Assembly: GCA_963742415.1 (NCBI GenBank)
Contig: CAVULX010000003.1
Coordinates: 832,001-896,000, forward strand
DNA length: 64,000 nt
Origin: an uncultured Parachlamydiaceae bacterium
GTDB taxonomy: Bacteria > Chlamydiota > Chlamydiia > Chlamydiales > Parachlamydiaceae
Reading direction: 5' to 3'
Shown: positions 62,401 through 64,000 of the stretch, one piece after another
Layout: each line of letters opens with the position of its first letter
Position numbering within the stretch: the stretch's first letter is position 1
Made by a program: the position numbers and the translations under genes
The notes under the pieces: generated by a model
What the model was told of the DNA's origin: nothing
The model's input: the letters and a program-made list of their open reading frames with translations, nothing else
The model's database searches: none

Positions 62401-64000
62401 GGTGATAGGTAGAACAGCGGGTTCCATAGCCGGAAGTGATCCATTGCAAGAGTTGACGATGGGAAACAGTTCTGCGATAGATGACGCGGATCAAGGCGTC
62501 TAACGAGATTAAAGATTCATGAAGCAATAAAGACGCAGTCACCACGGCACGCAACAGGTCCATTTTCAACTCATCCCAGGACCATTGAATTTTCTGAAAG
62601 GGGAGCATACAAAACTTGTTTGCCAAGGATGAAATAAATGCTTTAAATAAAACTAACAGAGCTAACCCCGTATACAGATCAGAAAGTGGAGAAAAAAGCC
62701 ACCCGCAGATCAATAAAATTACCAGTGATACAGGGATTAGGGCCCGTCGTAAATTATCGAAAATTTTCCAACGATTGATCAAAGATAGGGGATTTTTTTC
62801 CTTTTTTCCTTTGTCTGTTTCGATGTAGGGAAACAGCCAGCCGGTGATTTGCCAGTCTCCCCGCATCCACCGATGCTGCCGGTTTGACCAGGATAAATAA
62901 TCTTCGGGATGGAGGTCATATAAACAGACATTGCTTGCAAACCCTACTCCTGCGTAGGCTCCTTCGAGAAGATCATGGCTAAGGATAAGTTCTTCGGGAA
63001 AACGGTTTGTTAAAATTTGGTGAAAGGCTTCCACATCATAAATGCCTTTGCCATGGTAGGTCCCTTCCTTCGTTAGATCTTGATATAGATTAGAAACGGC
63101 CTGCGTATAGGGATCGAGTGCGGAAGGATCGGAAAAAATTTGGGAAAATAAAGAAGCTTTGGTGTGTGAAAAATCGGTGCAAACTCTAGGTTGAATGATG
63201 GTATACCCTCGGAGGATGTTTCGTCTATCGGTTGAAAGATAGGGCTGGTTTAAGGGATGGGATAAAACTTCAATTAAGGCTCTGGCTTGGTTTTTGGGAA
63301 GTTGAGTGTCGGAGTCCAAGGTGATGACGTAACGGATCCCTTTTAGTGCATCTCCTTGCCCTGCGTAGAGAATATTTTCCGGCAGTGTTTCCCCCATCAA
63401 AAAGCGGTTTAAGCACTCCAATTTGCCCCGTTTTCTTTCCCAGCCTATCCAGGCATTTTCACTTGGAGACCAAATCCGCTGCCGGTTAAAAAGGAAAAAT
63501 TTATTATCTCCATATTTGCTCTTCAAGGCTTCTATTCCCTTCATAGCAACTTCAAGCAGAGGGGCATCCTCTTCCATCTGCTGCTGAGGGGAATCAACAT
63601 AATCGACAAATAGCCCAAAGAATAATTGGGGGGCTTCGTTGGCCAAATAACGGATTTCCAGCCGATCCAAGTCCTCTTGGATAGCTTCAGGAGAGGATAG
63701 CATCGTGGGCACAATCACTAAAGTTTGGCAGTCGGATGGAATTTCATCTTCATATGACATTTTAGGTAAAACTGTAGGGGGAAGAAGATGAGTTAAGAGC
63801 AGATCCATAAACTGGATGACCAATTCGCTCAGCGGCGACAGGGTAAGAATACCAAAAAAAATCGATTGGAGTGGACTAATTCCATAGGATAAAGAAAGAT
63901 AGAATATCCCTAACTCGAGGATCAAGATGAGAGTGGAAATCCCTCCCAAATAGACCAAAGAGGGATTAGAAGTGATTCCCCGCCGAATTCTTTCGGAAAA
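56489..64000 (-). CDS. ndvB: Cyclic beta-1,2-glucan synthase (Cgs/NdvB), 5' truncated by window edge
   Basis: >2489 aa; GWERKRGKL, ITLDSDT, SHDLLEG, RQHRWMRGDWQ, TM block, SWGGTMFEYLMP, GH94 phosphorylase (YQSSGAYGFRDQLQD, GDWNDG, RENGGQYTH). Confidence 0.93.
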   Translation of the reverse strand, partial: FSERIRRGITSNPSLVYLGGISTLILILELGIFYLSLSYGISPLQSIFFGILTLSPLSELVIQFMDLLLTHLLPPTVLPKMSYEDEIPSDCQTLVIVPTMLSSPEAIQEDLDRLEIRYLANEAPQLFFGLFVDYVDSPQQQMEEDAPLLEVAMKGIEALKSKYGDNKFFLFNRQRIWSPSENAWIGWERKRGKLECLNRFLMGETLPENILYAGQGDALKGIRYVITLDSDTQLPKNQARALIEVLSHPLNQPYLSTDRRNILRGYTIIQPRVCTDFSHTKASLFSQIFSDPSALDPYTQAVSNLYQDLTKEGTYHGKGIYDVEAFHQILTNRFPEELILSHDLLEGAYAGVGFASNVCLYDLHPEDYLSWSNRQHRWMRGDWQITGWLFPYIETDKGKKEKNPLSLINRWKIFDNLRRALIPVSLVILLICGWLFSPLSDLYTGLALLVLFKAFISSLANKFCMLPFQKIQWSWDELKMDLLRAVVTASLLLHESLISLDALIRVIYRRTVSHRQLLQWITSGYGTRCSTYHHQRFIYRMGLSSFFAIFTFAAVYYIDPPELIYAIPFCSLWIAAPFIVNFIDKPRDTRRDRDLTDQDRKFLRLIARKTWRYFDDFVGPQTHWFPPDNYQTALKIEIAQRTSPTNIGLWLLAVLSAYDLKYITCDAMIDKILATIEELKRLKKFEGHFLNWYNTETLDPLYPQYISTVDSGNLLASMLTLQQGIEEIISSPLLPMNSLEGVKDTYELLLNENISNPKIAKLHEVIERHPRDLITLVFTYMEALQLIEEIVDEETQGGLQSPYWLMHTEKQLNEWNTLISRYFSWVFILSEVSPENVHLLGENAAIWINEALSLHPSLQMLTNEELFSPMAKLIENSQRADMPAEVKEWGLKLKEAISTAQWFAGEKLGQAHQMMGDLQKLSDEMNMKFLYNPERKLFVIGYNVDERKLDSSHYDLLASEARIASLLAIAKEDLSIDHWWALGRSYIKLDGKRILLSWGGTMFEYLMPLLFNKCHKDSLLGEACNSIVICQMKYGQKRGIPWGISEAAFSAIDAHKTYQYRSFGIPGAGLKRGLEEDLVVSPYSSALALAVDPVKAIQNLKKLAEKPHFNMLGPYGYYESIDFTRQRNPRGERGVTVYTFMAHHQGMILASINNILNHDILPNRFHSDPYICGVDSLLYERIPSSLPIKVSRFHREITMTRLKPFSQNPIMGIAETPQSEIPKLNLLSNGTYSLMVTNAGGGYSRWRDMDVTRWRADTTRDADGAFFYIKDLQSQEIWSNAYHPTLKKGPQYSVSFKADKSEFRRKDNQIETVTEIVVSPEDNAEIRLITISNQSDKVRSLELTSYMELALAPHNTDRAHPCFNKFFIETEALTQLSGLLAFRRLRSADDAPVWAGHVLASSITPDEKVQHETDRTRFIGRGRTLQNPIALNGDLSNTTGTVLDPIFSLRQRFTLNPGERIQFSFVTALADQRSNVMVLMEKYKDFSASQRAIELAWTYAQLEMRHLRIHEEETQLFQKLASRILYPHEQLRPSADRLRSNRLGQSSLWAQGISGDLPIVAVSVGDIYDVDLVKQVLVAHAFWSLRGLSVDLIILNEEAPGYEHPLREQLQRMIQAYAHRGQIEIPGGVYLRNTEEISPADLTLILSAARAVLVAARGSLRQQLVSPMPSINYPKRLIVNRKAKEEPSKPLPFLELPYFNGLGGYSPDGKSYVIYLGPNTNTPAPWINVLANSQFGTIISETGLGSTWYGNSQTNRLTPWSNDPLINPIADTIYIRDEELGTFWTPTPSPIRELDAYRIHHGQGYTRFEHNSHGIEQDLLIFVPVDDNGGLPLRIQRLRLLNSSSHRRKLTVTAYSEWVLGTNREETQMHIITEWDPECQALFAYNHYHPDYSNCVAFTASTPLASSFSGDRKEFLGRNGSTNDPAALRRKSLSGHTGAASDPCSAIQVNVEIEPGESAEVVFIMGYSPDILEARKLVLQSRIEGKIDQLFSETQAWWDKILGAVQVEVPDLVMNFAMNRWLLYQNLSCRIWGRSAFYQSSGAYGFRDQLQDVLALIYTAPQIAREHILKAASRQFIEGDVQHWWHPPSGGGVRTRISDDLLWLPFATAHYVRVTGDTSILEETVPFLQAPTLTEDQHEVYLVPTISSEVGSLLEHCRRSIYKSLATGPHDLPLIGGGDWNDGMNRVGIKGKGESVWLAWFLIHVMNDFADLLAYAGQQESSQGFRTQAKRLAEAVEKGGWDGEWYRRAYFDDGTPLGSKSNTECMIDCIAQSWSVISGLGDPIRSSTALSSADKHLVLPKEGLVLLLTPPFNVAPMDPGYIKGYPPGVRENGGQYTHGSIWLAMAFARKGDGNKAVSLLKMMHPSSHTHTMEELTQYKIEPYVTAGDVYSLSSQLGRGGWSWYTGSTGWMYRIWLEEILGFKLKGNILKIDCTIPKEWDSFKIRYKYQSTFYDIIVSNPQHLNKGSACVTIDGTLYSTSEIPLIDDQKSHLVSIVLQNEIKT

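Overview
64 kb of a bacterial chromosome, most likely from an environmental (Parachlamydiales-like) member of Chlamydiae. This assignment is inferred from the amn/mfd/alaS/tkt/hemE/hemG neighbourhood, a chlamydia-type ClpC, DUF648-like proteins and eukaryotic-like domains. The housekeeping backbone comprises amn, mfd, alaS, tkt-hemE-hemG, clpC, groES-groEL with a CIRCE, sat/cysC, branched-chain keto-acid dehydrogenase, brnQ, copA and a cyclic beta-1,2-glucan synthase. Accessory material is interleaved: (i) an AT-rich candidate effector patch (double-MYND protein, two DUF648-like paralogs, a possible His-Asn-Cys protease, a decayed mfd fragment); (ii) a glucose dehydrogenase/GH63/GMC oxidoreductase operon; (iii) an ~8.2 kb Rhs polymorphic toxin island with a signal peptide, orphan toxin/immunity modules and 40-bp flanking direct repeats; (iv) a head-to-tail duplication of a Myb/SANT-repeat gene plus the copA start; (v) several intergenic palindromic elements, some nested inside one another. 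The most notable candidate novelty is a valine-rich 21-codon leader ORF upstream of brnQ whose codons can base-pair with the brnQ Shine-Dalgarno region, i.e. a putative amino-acid-sensing translational attenuator. The frameshifts in clpC and rhs are all explicable as extra single bases, and copA has one further shift; they may be sequencing errors. No rRNA, tRNA or CRISPR array was seen.
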